From contig CAVQGX010000033.1 of assembly GCA_963712115.1 (NCBI GenBank), forward strand, positions 96,001 to 160,000: a DNA stretch of 64,000 nt, written 5' to 3'. Position 1 is the stretch's first letter; every line of letters begins with the position of its first letter. Of this stretch, positions 18,746 through 27,966 are shown one piece after another. Below the pieces are notes generated by a model. That model searched no databases. It was not told the origin of the DNA and worked only from the letters and a program-made list of their open reading frames with translations. Both the position numbers and the translations under genes were made by a program. This DNA comes from an uncultured delta proteobacterium. Its GTDB lineage: Bacteria > Desulfobacterota > Syntrophobacteria > BM002.

Positions 18746-19587
18746 CACGTGGCCTCATTATCTTTCCTGTGCTCTGAAGCTGTCAAGACCTCTAACAATT
18801 GTTCCAGGCTGGTAACTCCACCCGGCTCTGCTAGACCACTTCTGGTAAGCATCTCATCGAGCTGGACAATGGCCGGCAACTCCAGCCCCAGTCGCTCAAT
18901 AAGCTCCTCTTCCTGTAAGAAATAGTACGGGGAGCTATCAAAAACCACGCTGCCCCTTTCCAGGGCAATTAGCCTCTGGGCTACAACAGCCTCCTCCAGC
19001 AGGTGCGTGGTATGCAGCATAGTGCAGGATGCCTTTCGGTGGATGCTTTGCAGCAGGCTTAACATTTCCCTCCGGCTGCGGCCGCCAACCATTGAGAGGG
19101 GATCGTCTAGCAAGAGACAGCTCTTGCTCTGCGCTAAGGCGCCTGCAAGGATTAGCCGTTGCTGCTCACCTCCGGAGAGATGATGGCTGAAGTCCCTGGC
19201 CCGTTGCCAAAGACCAACCCATCTCAAAGCTTCCTCTACACGAATACTGATGACCTCTGGAGCCAAACCCATGTTTTCGAGAGCAAAGGCCACATCTTCG
19301 GCTACCACGGGCGAAACAATCTGATTCTCGGGGTTGGCAAAAACACAGGCAGCAAAATGGTTCAGTACCCCAGCAGGAAGAACAGTGGAGTTCACCCTAA
19401 TTTTCCCTGTTTGGGGCTGAAGAAGTCCCTTTATCAACTTCAGGAGGGTGGTCTTGCCGGCGCCTGACGGACCTACCACAGCAACCCATTCGCCAGCTGA
19501 GATTGTTAAACTGAAATCAGCAAAGAGAGGTTCTTCCTCACCAGCTCCGTAGGAAAAGGTGATGTTATCGAGTTCTATACTTCCCAT
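18745..19587 (-). CDS. ecfA1: ECF transporter ATPase (EcfA1-like) with degenerate motifs
   Basis: GPSGAGKTT, FANPENQIVSPVVAEDVAFALEN, LSGGEQQR, LLLDDP. Confidence 0.8.
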   Translation of the reverse strand: MGSIELDNITFSYGAGEEEPLFADFSLTISAGEWVAVVGPSGAGKTTLLKLIKGLLQPQTGKIRVNSTVLPAGVLNHFAACVFANPENQIVSPVVAEDVAFALENMGLAPEVISIRVEEALRWVGLWQRARDFSHHLSGGEQQRLILAGALAQSKSCLLLDDPLSMVGGRSRREMLSLLQSIHRKASCTMLHTTHLLEEAVVAQRLIALERGSVVFDSSPYYFLQEEELIERLGLELPAIVQLDEMLTRSGLAEPGGVTSLEQLLEVLTASEHRKDNEAT

Positions 19588-19652
19588 GTGGCAAGAATAC
19601 CCGGATTTCTGGCAGATTCAAGCGATTTCATCTCAGGATGTGCCATTTTGTC

Positions 19653-19962
19653 TTTAGGTGTCAGGTGTCAGAATCCAGTAGGCATAGAGCACTATTGAGG
19701 ATTTTGAATTTCGAATTGCGGATTGCGGATTGGGTATGTGAGATGTGGGATATGGGATATGGCATAGGGCATAGGGCATAGAGCGTAGCGTTTTGTTGAT
19801 TAGTTGATTAGAGAATTAGTTAATTCGTTAAAACCTTTGAAACCGTTGAAGTCGTTGAAACCGTTCAATTCGCGAGACTCACTTGCGATTTGAATGCTCC
19901 TACCTGTTACAACGAATGACAGCGAAGCGTATTGACCTAATGACGGCGAAGCCAAAATGACC
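19653..19962. repeat. Stack of at least six different 7-9-bp tandem arrays
   Basis: TCAGGTG, TTCGAAT/TGCGGAT, TGGGATA, GGCATAG, GTTGATTA, GAAACCGTT and AATGAC units in direct succession. Confidence 0.85.
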
Positions 19963-20221
19963 TGAAGCTCGTCAGCGCGAATCAGTGGTGCCTAGTGCAT
20001 AGTGCCTTGTTGAAAAGGCTGTCAGCTGTCTGCTGCTTGCTGTCCGCTGGAATGGGCGCTTTGCTCTGTTCGATCTGACCTGGCCTACCGAAGATCCCGC
20101 TTTGCGGGGAAGGACCAGGCTTGCTAGGTGGTTTGGCACGCACCTTGAATGTGATTGACTAGTTTTTTTATTTAGTGATAATTTAGCCACTGATGTCCAC
20201 GACCGCTGGGGAAAACTAGAC

Positions 20222-20971
20222 ATGGCTGACACCATGAATTTCAAGAAAGGAGCCACCATCATCCACGAAGGGACCACTGGCTCCTATGCCTATCTTATAC
20301 TCTCGGGCTCGGTTGAGGTGTCCAAAAAAGTCGGAGAGGAAAAGCTTGTTCTGTCCAGATTAGTAAAGGGTAACATTTTCGGGGAGATGAGCCTTGTTGA
20401 TGACAAGCCCCGGTCCGCCACCATTGTTGCCCTTGAAGATACTGAGGTTAGAGTCATAAGCCGTGACCGCTTTGAGTCCATGTTAGAACAGAACCCTCGT
20501 GCCGTGATCCCTCTGCTCAAACAGGTTTTTCAGCGTGTCAGGTATCTGAACCAAATGGTAACGGCTTTTTGCGGCCAGGCCAGCACCGGGACCGTAGAAC
20601 TTGCAACTCAACCACTGCGATTGAGGGCGGTGACTGAAGAGGCCGAGCGGGCTATGCAAGGTAAGGAAATAGACATCACCAAGATACCTTTTCAGATTGG
20701 TAGACTTTCCAAAGCCAGTGTTTTTGGCTCTAATGATTTGGATATCCAAGACACCGAACCATATCGGGTTTCAAGGTGTCACTGCTTAATAACCATCGTG
20801 GATAATGAATACTATGTAGTTGATACAGTCAGCAGCCGCGGTACAGCGGTTGACGGCAACAAGATTGGCGGCCGTGAAGAGCAAAAACGAGTATTATTGG
20901 AAAGCGGCAAACATCGTATTACCCTCGGCGGAGAAGAGTCTCCCTACGTTTTTGACCTTGTAGTTCCCTGA
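20222..20971 (+). CDS. Cyclic-nucleotide-binding domain + FHA domain protein
   Basis: FGEMSLVDDKPRSAT phosphate-binding cassette; FHA IGR...VSRCHC...VDTVSSRGT. Confidence 0.85.
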   Translation: MADTMNFKKGATIIHEGTTGSYAYLILSGSVEVSKKVGEEKLVLSRLVKGNIFGEMSLVDDKPRSATIVALEDTEVRVISRDRFESMLEQNPRAVIPLLKQVFQRVRYLNQMVTAFCGQASTGTVELATQPLRLRAVTEEAERAMQGKEIDITKIPFQIGRLSKASVFGSNDLDIQDTEPYRVSRCHCLITIVDNEYYVVDTVSSRGTAVDGNKIGGREEQKRVLLESGKHRITLGGEESPYVFDLVVP

Positions 20972-21135
20972 CCTGTCTTCAAGAGTTTTGGAAAGTAATT
21001 CTAAATTTCCTCCAACCCTCCTGCACTCTCTTTTCAATAGCAACAAGATTTCTAGAAAGTATAACTTCTGTGGAACTTGACAGGGTCGCCCATTATTCTT
21101 ATTTTTGAATAGCTTAGAAATGATTTCCAGAATCG

Positions 21136-21156
21136 TTAGCACCTGTTTTATGCTAA
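21136..21156. promoter_or_regulatory. Palindromic operator TTAGCA-N9-TGCTAA upstream of Hsp20 (CIRCE-like but shorter)
   Basis: Perfect 6-bp inverted repeat downstream of TTGACA-N17-TATTTT (21077-21105). Confidence 0.4.
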
Positions 21157-21210
21157 CTCATCAAGTTCATATGTTGCCATATTAGTTAGGTATATTTCCA
21201 AGGAGGTGTG

Positions 21211-21657
21211 ATGGTAATGTTGATAAAATCAGGATCCGTCAGAGGAGAGCTCGAGCGAATGCGGCGAGAGATGGAGCGCATTTGGGATCGATTCTCCAGT
21301 GAGTTGCCAACTTCAACCCTTGAGCGGGATTGGAATCCGTCTTTAGACCTGATGGAAACCGAGGACAGCCTGGCGGCCGAAGTAGAAGTTCCTGGGATCA
21401 ATCCTGATGATATTAATATCTCAGTCACTCCAGATTTGCTCACCGTGACCGGTGAAAAAAAGCAGGAACCCGGGGTGCAAGAAAAGAACTACCATGTTAT
21501 GGAGCGGGCCTACGGTAGGTTTAGCAGGTCAATTCCCTTGCCAACTGCGGTGAATCCTGATCGGGTGGAAGCTCGTTACAGAGATGGTATCTTGAGAATC
21601 ACCATGGGGAAGAGTAAAGCAGTCAAAAGTAAACGAATAGAGGTAAAAACAGCCTGA
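21211..21657 (+). CDS. Hsp20/alpha-crystallin small heat-shock protein
   Basis: PSLDLMET, EVPGI, ERAYGRFSRSIPLP, ARYRDGILRI; AGGAGG RBS. Confidence 0.93.
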   Translation: MVMLIKSGSVRGELERMRREMERIWDRFSSELPTSTLERDWNPSLDLMETEDSLAAEVEVPGINPDDINISVTPDLLTVTGEKKQEPGVQEKNYHVMERAYGRFSRSIPLPTAVNPDRVEARYRDGILRITMGKSKAVKSKRIEVKTA

Positions 21658-21681
21658 TCAGATTCTAGAAAAAAATATTTA

Positions 21682-21768
21682 CCCCGGAAGGACACGGAAT
21701 CTTAAAGAGAGTAACAAAATCTGACTTCGCACTATTTATATTCCGGTAATTCCGTGAAAATCCGTGGT
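21682..21768. repeat. Inverted 9-mer-type repeat (CACGGAA.../...TTCCGTG)
   Basis: CCCGGAAGGACACGGAA ... TTCCGGTAATTCCGTGAAAATCCGTGGT; similar design to 60315-60446. Confidence 0.55.
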
Positions 21769-21773
21769 GGTGT

Positions 21774-22550
21774 TTAGTGTAAAATTTGACTGAGAAATAA
21801 TTTGGTGCGCTCGTGCTGTGGGTTCTCAAAAAAATCTATCGGAGTGTTTTCCTCTAAAATTTCACCTTCATCCATAAAAAGCACCCTGTGGGCCGCGCTC
21901 TTGGCAAAACCCATTTCGTGAGAGACCACGAGCATGGTCATGCCCTCTTTTGCCAAGTCGATCATAACGTCCAGAACTTCCTTGATCATTTCAGGATCTA
22001 GGGCAGAAGTAGGCTCGTCGAACAACATTACTTTCGGTCTCATGCACAAACTGCGGGCAATGGCCACACGCTGCTGCTGTCCCCCTGAAAGCTGCCCTGG
22101 GTATTTTAGGGCCTGCTCAGCAATGTGTACCTTCTCCAGGAAAAACATAGCGGTTTCTTCCGCTTCTGCCTTTGGAGTTTTTCTTACCCATATCGGCCCT
22201 AAGCTCAGATTGTCAAGGATTGTGAGGTGGGGGAAAAGGTTGAAGTGTTGAAAAACCATGCCCACCTCTTCACGAATCTTCTCGATATTCTTCAAATCAT
22301 TGGTTAGTTCAATGCCATCGACAATAATGCGGCCCCGTTGATGTTCCTCCAATCGGTTAATACAGCGGATCAGGGTTGATTTTCCGGAGCCTGAGGGGCC
22401 GCAAATGATGATTCGTTCCCCTTTGTGGACAGTGAGATTTATGTCCTTGAGAACATGAAAGTCGCCAAACCACTTGTGCATATCGATGATCTCAATAATA
22501 GGATCACTCTCTAGCTTCTCATCATTCTTGGTTGGCAATTCATTGGCCAT
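21774..22550 (-). CDS. aapP: General L-amino acid ABC transporter ATPase
   Basis: [29 protein letters not shown]; in an operon with aapJQM homologs. Confidence 0.9.
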   Translation of the reverse strand: MANELPTKNDEKLESDPIIEIIDMHKWFGDFHVLKDINLTVHKGERIIICGPSGSGKSTLIRCINRLEEHQRGRIIVDGIELTNDLKNIEKIREEVGMVFQHFNLFPHLTILDNLSLGPIWVRKTPKAEAEETAMFFLEKVHIAEQALKYPGQLSGGQQQRVAIARSLCMRPKVMLFDEPTSALDPEMIKEVLDVMIDLAKEGMTMLVVSHEMGFAKSAAHRVLFMDEGEILEENTPIDFFENPQHERTKLFLSQILH

Positions 22551-22575
22551 ATCTATCTCTCTTATTTAATCCTAG

Positions 22576-22617
22576 CCAGCATCCAGTATCTAGCATCTAG
22601 CATCCAGCCTCCAGAAT
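22576..22617. repeat. Heptamer array (CYAGCAT-like) x6
   Basis: CCAGCAT CCAGTAT CTAGCAT CTAGCAT CCAGCCT CCAGAAT; touches the aapM stop. Confidence 0.8.
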
Positions 22618-23702
22618 CAAGTCCCTCTATACAACTCTCGCTCCAGGCGGCGGCTGTAACTGGACATGGAAAAACAACCGGTGAAGTAAATCAAAGCAAT
22701 GAAAATATAGGCCTCCACACTAAATCCCATCCATCTTGGATCAGATAGGGTTGTTTGCGTGGTCTTGAGGAGATCGAACAGCCCTATGATCACCACCAGA
22801 GATGTATCTTTGAAAGCGGAAATAAGAATACCGACGGATGGTGGAATCACAATCTTCAATGCCTGGGGCAAAATAATCAATCGCATCTTCTGGTAATAAT
22901 TCAATCCCAACGACTCAGCCGCTTCATACTGCCCACGGCTTATGGCCTGCAGGCCACCCCTGACCACTTCTGCTATGTAGGCAGCAGTGAACAGGATGAT
23001 GGCCACTTGCGCCCGGAGAATGTTGTTTATTGTTATCCCTTCCGGCAAAAACAAGGGAAACATAACGGAGGACATGAATAGGAGACTGATCAAAGGCACT
23101 CCGCGAATTGTCTCAATATAGACAACAGAGAGGGACTTTATGGCAGGCAGTCTTGACTGGCGTCCCAGCGCCAGAAGAACTCCCAGCGGGTAGGCAGCCG
23201 TCAGCCCGAAAACTGAAAGTAACAAGGTAAGTGGTAATCCACTCCACTTGGTGCTTTCCACTGGCGGCAAGCCGAATAAGCCACCTTTCAGGAGCAGACC
23301 CATGACGAAGAGACCGATGAGCCACAAGTAGCCCAGCCATTTCTTCCAGTAGCGCCTGTTCCTGCTGACGATAAGCAGGGTGATCAAAATAATCATAGCC
23401 AGCAGGGGACGCCACTGCCACTCGTATGGAAAGAAACCAAAGATGATGAAACGCAGATTCTTGGTCACAATGGACCAGCAAGCGCCGCCAGCCGCCCTGC
23501 ACTCAGCCCCAGTGGTGATCCAACTGCTGTCAATGAAGGTCCAGCGAATCAACCCGGGCACTATTTTCCACAAAAAATAGATGGTCACAAGGGTCAAAAA
23601 GGAGCTGAAAACCGAGCTAAACAGATTAGCCCGCGCCCATCCTAAGACCCCTATTCGGGCAACAAGCGGCTTCAGTACTGTGGTCCTGTGAGCTTCTTGC
23701 AT
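22617..23702 (-). CDS. aapM: General L-amino acid ABC transporter permease
   Basis: RGVPLI, AYIAEVVRGGLQAI..GQYEAA (EAA loop), FKDTSLV. Confidence 0.9.
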   Translation of the reverse strand: MQEAHRTTVLKPLVARIGVLGWARANLFSSVFSSFLTLVTIYFLWKIVPGLIRWTFIDSSWITTGAECRAAGGACWSIVTKNLRFIIFGFFPYEWQWRPLLAMIILITLLIVSRNRRYWKKWLGYLWLIGLFVMGLLLKGGLFGLPPVESTKWSGLPLTLLLSVFGLTAAYPLGVLLALGRQSRLPAIKSLSVVYIETIRGVPLISLLFMSSVMFPLFLPEGITINNILRAQVAIILFTAAYIAEVVRGGLQAISRGQYEAAESLGLNYYQKMRLIILPQALKIVIPPSVGILISAFKDTSLVVIIGLFDLLKTTQTTLSDPRWMGFSVEAYIFIALIYFTGCFSMSSYSRRLERELYRGT

Positions 23703-23709
23703 GGGAGTT

Positions 23710-24906
23710 CTATCTCTCCACCAATGCTACTCTTTTGTTATACCAGTTCATGAACCCTGAGGTGCTCAGACTAAAAAAGAGATACACCACCATGATCATA
23801 CCCACACCTTCAATGGCCTGTCCCGTCTGGTTGATAATGGTGTTGGCCACGGAAACGAAGTCTGGGAAGCCAATGGCAATGGCAAGAGTGCTGTTTTTCG
23901 TGAGATTCAACATCTGACTGGTAAGTGGTGGAATGATCACCCTGAGGGCCTGAGGTAAGATGACCAACCGCAAAACTTGCCCGGGTTTCAGACCCATAGA
24001 CATGGCAGCTTCCACCTGGCCGCGACTTATGGCCTGGATACCGGCGCGGACTATTTCAGCCACGAAGGCGGCGGTGTAAAGAACCAACCCTAATAAAAGG
24101 GCGGCGAACTCGGGGCTGAAGGTGGTGCCTCCCTCAAAATTGAAGCCCACAAGTTTGGGAACGTTCATTTTCAGAGGCGCTCCCCCCAGTAACCAGGTGG
24201 CAAGAGGAAGTACCAGGAGAATAGCAAGGGAGACGAGGAAGATTGGAAAAATTTGTCCTGTTTGTTCTTGTCTTTTTTTGGCCCATCGCCGCAGCACCCA
24301 TACAGCAAAAGAGCCTGCCAGAAAGACAAGAGCCATATAAACGTACACCGGGTGAGGTTCGGGAACGGCAAAAGCCATTCCACGATTACAAAAATATACA
24401 CCACTTATGGGGTTCAGAGCCTGCCGAGGAGAGGGAAAGGTGTCATAAAAGACAGCGTACCAGAAAACTAACTGCAGGAGCACAGGTATGTCCTGCATGA
24501 CTTCAATGTAGATTCCTGCCAGCTTGGCCACCAGCCAGTTTCTGGACAGACGGGCAATGCCAAGGAAAGTGCCTAGAATTACCGTCAGTATAATCCCGAT
24601 GAATGAAACCTTTATGGTGTTGAGGACACCGACCAGCAGGGCACGACCGTAGGTGTCCGCCGCTGAGTAGGAAATAGGGGATTCACCAATTTCGAAGGAA
24701 GCTTCTTTGGTAAAGAAGCCAAATCCTGTTGCTATGTTCTGTCTTTCAAGGTTTGCCAGGGTATTGGTAAAAAGATAATAGGCCACCATCCCAACTATGC
24801 CCAGAACAACAACCTGGTAAATGATGGCCCGTTTGGTGGGATCGTACCAGAATGAAATCTTGGCTGACGTTGTGATTTCCGGCGAATCCTTAACTTCTTG
24901 TGCCAC
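23710..24906 (-). CDS. aapQ: General L-amino acid ABC transporter permease
   Basis: YTAAFVAEIVRAGIQAI..GQVEAA, LNLTKNSTLA, NQTGQAIE. Confidence 0.9.
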   Translation of the reverse strand: MAQEVKDSPEITTSAKISFWYDPTKRAIIYQVVVLGIVGMVAYYLFTNTLANLERQNIATGFGFFTKEASFEIGESPISYSAADTYGRALLVGVLNTIKVSFIGIILTVILGTFLGIARLSRNWLVAKLAGIYIEVMQDIPVLLQLVFWYAVFYDTFPSPRQALNPISGVYFCNRGMAFAVPEPHPVYVYMALVFLAGSFAVWVLRRWAKKRQEQTGQIFPIFLVSLAILLVLPLATWLLGGAPLKMNVPKLVGFNFEGGTTFSPEFAALLLGLVLYTAAFVAEIVRAGIQAISRGQVEAAMSMGLKPGQVLRLVILPQALRVIIPPLTSQMLNLTKNSTLAIAIGFPDFVSVANTIINQTGQAIEGVGMIMVVYLFFSLSTSGFMNWYNKRVALVER

Positions 24907-24957
24907 AGTCTGACTCTGGCTTAGAAATCGGCTTAGAGTTTAGAATTGACTAGAAAT

Positions 24958-24981
24958 AGGTGCCCCCCGGAGGGGGCACCT
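24958..24981 (-). other. Strong hairpin between aapJ and aapQ (probable mRNA-stabilising stem-loop)
   Basis: AGGTGCCCCC-CGGA-GGGGGCACCT, perfect 10-bp stem with no U-tract. Confidence 0.6.
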
Positions 24982-24991
24982 CACATGCGGA

Positions 24992-26014
24992 TTACCTGAA
25001 AGGCGCTGCAAACATCAGTCCGCCTTTGTACCACTGATCATTCAGACCTCGGGGAATTCCCAGGGAGGTGTTTACCCCTACATTAGCCTCGTAAATTTGG
25101 CCGTAGTTCCCCACCTGTTTGACGATGTTGTAGGCCCAGTTGTCATCGAGGCCGAGGGCTTTGCCCATACCAGGGATTACTCCGAGGAAACGCTGGACCC
25201 TCGGGTTCTGGCTCTTGAGCATACTATCTACGTTGTTTGAATTGATGCCCAGTTCCTCAGCTTGAAGCAGAGCCATAACCGTCCAGTTGACAATATCATA
25301 CCACTGGTCGTCACCGTGGCGGACCACCGGGGCAAGAGGTTCCTTTGAAATAATCTCCGGCAAGAGCACATAGTCGGTGGGATTAGGGGCGACAGCCCGG
25401 TGAGCGGCCAACTGAGAAAGGTCCGAGGTCAAGACGTCGCAACGCCCGCCAAAAAAAGCTTTGGAAAGCTCGGAGGTCTGTTCAATTACAACCGGTCTCC
25501 ATCTCATGTCGTTTGCTCGGAAAAAATCCGCCACATTGAGTTCGGTTGTTGTGCCAGGCAGGACGCATATTGTGGCGCCCTGCAGTTCCCTGGCGCTCTT
25601 GACCCCCAGTTTCCTCGGCACTAGAAAGCCTTGGCCGTCATAATAGTTCACGTGGGCGAAATTCAGACCGTTGGCGGTTTCGCGAGTCAGAGTCTGAGTG
25701 GTATTACGGCACAGCACATCAATCTCTTTCGCTTGCAGCGCGGGTAAACGCTGGACGGCGGTAAGGGGCACATACTTTATCTTGCTGGCATCGCCGAACA
25801 CTGCGGTGGCAATCGCCCGGGCCGTATCCACATCAAGACCTTTCCACACACCCTTGTCGTCCGGCATGCTGAAACCAAAGACACCGCCGTTAACCCCGGC
25901 TATTAAGTAGCCTCTTTTCTTAACAGCATCTAAAGTCTCACCGGCAATTGCTACACTGGTGGTGGCAATCAAGGCCACCGCCACTAACACTGCACATACC
26001 TTCATAAATCTCAT
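24992..26014 (-). CDS. aapJ: General L-amino acid ABC transporter substrate-binding protein
   Basis: Signal peptide; YYDGQGF, GTTTELN, ISKEPLAP, VGNYGQIY. Confidence 0.92.
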   Translation of the reverse strand: MRFMKVCAVLVAVALIATTSVAIAGETLDAVKKRGYLIAGVNGGVFGFSMPDDKGVWKGLDVDTARAIATAVFGDASKIKYVPLTAVQRLPALQAKEIDVLCRNTTQTLTRETANGLNFAHVNYYDGQGFLVPRKLGVKSARELQGATICVLPGTTTELNVADFFRANDMRWRPVVIEQTSELSKAFFGGRCDVLTSDLSQLAAHRAVAPNPTDYVLLPEIISKEPLAPVVRHGDDQWYDIVNWTVMALLQAEELGINSNNVDSMLKSQNPRVQRFLGVIPGMGKALGLDDNWAYNIVKQVGNYGQIYEANVGVNTSLGIPRGLNDQWYKGGLMFAAPFR

Positions 26015-26322
26015 TTACTCCTCCTTTTCTCTACCACAGGGTTTACCATCTTGATCGCACCAAGCCAATCGTCCTTCGCAGGAAAAAACAAACTCCATTT
26101 TCCCTATTCTCTCAAAAAATCCGGAGACCTTTCGACAGTCAAGATATCAGTCTTGGGTGACCCAACAGAAACGTCCGGGCTAGGGTATTCTTTTAGATTG
26201 AGTAGATCTCTATTCGACCTGAATGAACTTGTTACAGCTATCTTTGACACAAGATAGTAGTATTTGTCAAGGAGCGTTGATCCGGGCAAATTCAAATAAT
26301 CGCAGGATGGGAGAAAATTGGG

Positions 26323-27705
26323 TTACTGGCAGCGGGGCACCGAAAAAAATGTGCTGTGGATAGCGTTCACCGCGCTGTGCAAATCTTTGTTTTTAATGAG
26401 AAAATAGAGCGCCACCCTGGAGGGACCAAAGGAAATCATCTCCACGTTGACACCGCAACCTGCAACTGCCTCAAAGCAGCGAGCCGCTATGCCTTTACGC
26501 TGAGCGAGACCTTCCCCCACAATCCCCACCAGGGCCACATCATCAACTCTCTCCAAACGCCGAAAAGGTCTCGGCCTCAAGTGTTTTAGGGCGAGATATC
26601 CTGCCTCCAAGTCCTCACGTGCCAGCAAAAGGCTAATGCAGGTTTGGGAGGTGACCACTGATTTTATGTTAATATCGCTCTCAGTAAGCTGGCCTGCCAC
26701 TTGAGCCAAAATTCCAGGGCGAGCGCCAACACCCGAGGCATGCACCTTTATGATACTGATATCAGTGTCGTGAGCCACGCTTTTGATTACGTGTTTTGGC
26801 CGGGGGCTTTTTGCGGTGATCAGGCTGCCGGGTCCGTCAGGATTAACCGTGTTCTTGATGCTGATCTTCAGTTTACTTTTCCTGAGCGGTTCCACCGTTC
26901 GAGGGTGAAGAATCTTGGCACCAAAATAGGAAAGCTCTGCTGCTTCCTCGTATGAGAGAACGGGTATAAGCTGTGCCTCAGGGACGAATTTCGGATCGGC
27001 ACTCATGAAACCATCCACGTCCTTCCATATCTCCAGGAGTTCAGCCTGCATTGCCACCGCCACCACTGCGGCAGAGTAGTCGCTACCCCCACGACCAAAG
27101 GTTGTGATATCCCCTTGTTCGCTTACGCCGAAAAATCCTGGAACGAAGACAATCTTACCCTCATTAAGTAATGAGGTCAGATGGAGCTGCAAGTTTTTGG
27201 ATGTCTTTCTCAGGTTTGCTGTGGCATCACCAAATTTACCGTCCGTTGACAGGCCGATTTTCTCAGGCATACGGTAGGTGGCATTAACACCTTGGCAATT
27301 GAGCCCGCTTGCAAAGAGCTCAACCGCGAAGCGTTCGCCGTAACTACTAATCACGTCTCTCAGTCGCGGTGTAATCTCCCGAGTGAAATTCAGGCCGTAG
27401 TAGTACCGCTCGAGTTCACTCAGTGACTTGTCCAAGTCTCTGGCAAACTCCTCATAGTCTTTGTAGTTAGAGATAAGATGGCGAGCGACCTGTAAGTGCT
27501 TATCCCTCAGGTGGCTGATGAGGTGAGTAATATTATCCTCCTTGGCTAGGGCCTCACTCATGCCATCTATGAGGGTGTCGGTGACGCCGTTCAGGGCAGA
27601 GAGCACGAATATGCTGCCCTGCCCCCGAAGGGCAACCAGTTTCAGGATGTGCCCTATAGTTTCACTATCTGTGAGGCAACCACCACCGATTTTTATTACT
27701 TTCAT
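26323..27705 (-). CDS. lysC: Aspartate kinase with two ACT domains
   Basis: KIGGG, TTFGRGGSDYSA, WKDVDG..SADP, EAAELSYFGAKILHP. Confidence 0.88.
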   Translation of the reverse strand: MKVIKIGGGCLTDSETIGHILKLVALRGQGSIFVLSALNGVTDTLIDGMSEALAKEDNITHLISHLRDKHLQVARHLISNYKDYEEFARDLDKSLSELERYYYGLNFTREITPRLRDVISSYGERFAVELFASGLNCQGVNATYRMPEKIGLSTDGKFGDATANLRKTSKNLQLHLTSLLNEGKIVFVPGFFGVSEQGDITTFGRGGSDYSAAVVAVAMQAELLEIWKDVDGFMSADPKFVPEAQLIPVLSYEEAAELSYFGAKILHPRTVEPLRKSKLKISIKNTVNPDGPGSLITAKSPRPKHVIKSVAHDTDISIIKVHASGVGARPGILAQVAGQLTESDINIKSVVTSQTCISLLLAREDLEAGYLALKHLRPRPFRRLERVDDVALVGIVGEGLAQRKGIAARCFEAVAGCGVNVEMISFGPSRVALYFLIKNKDLHSAVNAIHSTFFSVPRCQ

Positions 27706-27738
27706 ATTTCCCCTTCCCACGATAACGCAGAGCATATT

Positions 27739-27816
27739 GTAAACAGTAAACGGTGAACGGTAAACCGATTATGCGCAGGCTCCTTAACCTTTCACCGTTT
27801 ACCATTTACCGTTTAC
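27739..27816. repeat. Inverted heptamer array (GTAAACG)x4...(CCGTTTA)x4
   Basis: GTAAACA GTAAACG GTGAACG GTAAACC ... CCTTTCA CCGTTTA CCATTTA CCGTTTA. Confidence 0.8.
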
Positions 27817-27856
27817 TCTTTTTTTCGCTATGCGCTTGGCGCTGATTGTGTTCATT

Positions 27857-27892
27857 GTGGTCGCAGCAGGTGATTCATGAATATCCGGGTTA
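27857..27892 (+). mobile_element. Truncated right end of the MITE-like element
   Basis: GTGGTCGCAGCAGGTGATTCATGAATATCCGGGTTA matches the 3' end of copies 2 and 3. Confidence 0.8.
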
Positions 27893-27905
27893 AGTTAATG
27901 GGCGT

Positions 27906-27943
27906 AAAAAAAACGGCAAGCCCCCAGGGAGATTGCCGTTTTT
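27906..27943 (-). terminator. Intrinsic terminator of the alpha operon
   Basis: A8-CGGCAA...TTGCCG-T5, directly downstream of rplQ. Confidence 0.85.
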
Positions 27944-27966
27944 ATATTTATAAAGTAGTAAGATTA

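Noticed and set aside
19653-19962. CRISPR array
   Set aside because: Units are 7-9 bp with no constant 23-47-bp repeat or unique spacers, and there are no cas genes.
14188-26183. Isolated TAGCCCGG / CCGGGCTAG matches (~14189, ~26175) as additional MITE copies
   Set aside because: Only 8-10 bp match and no internal element sequence is present.
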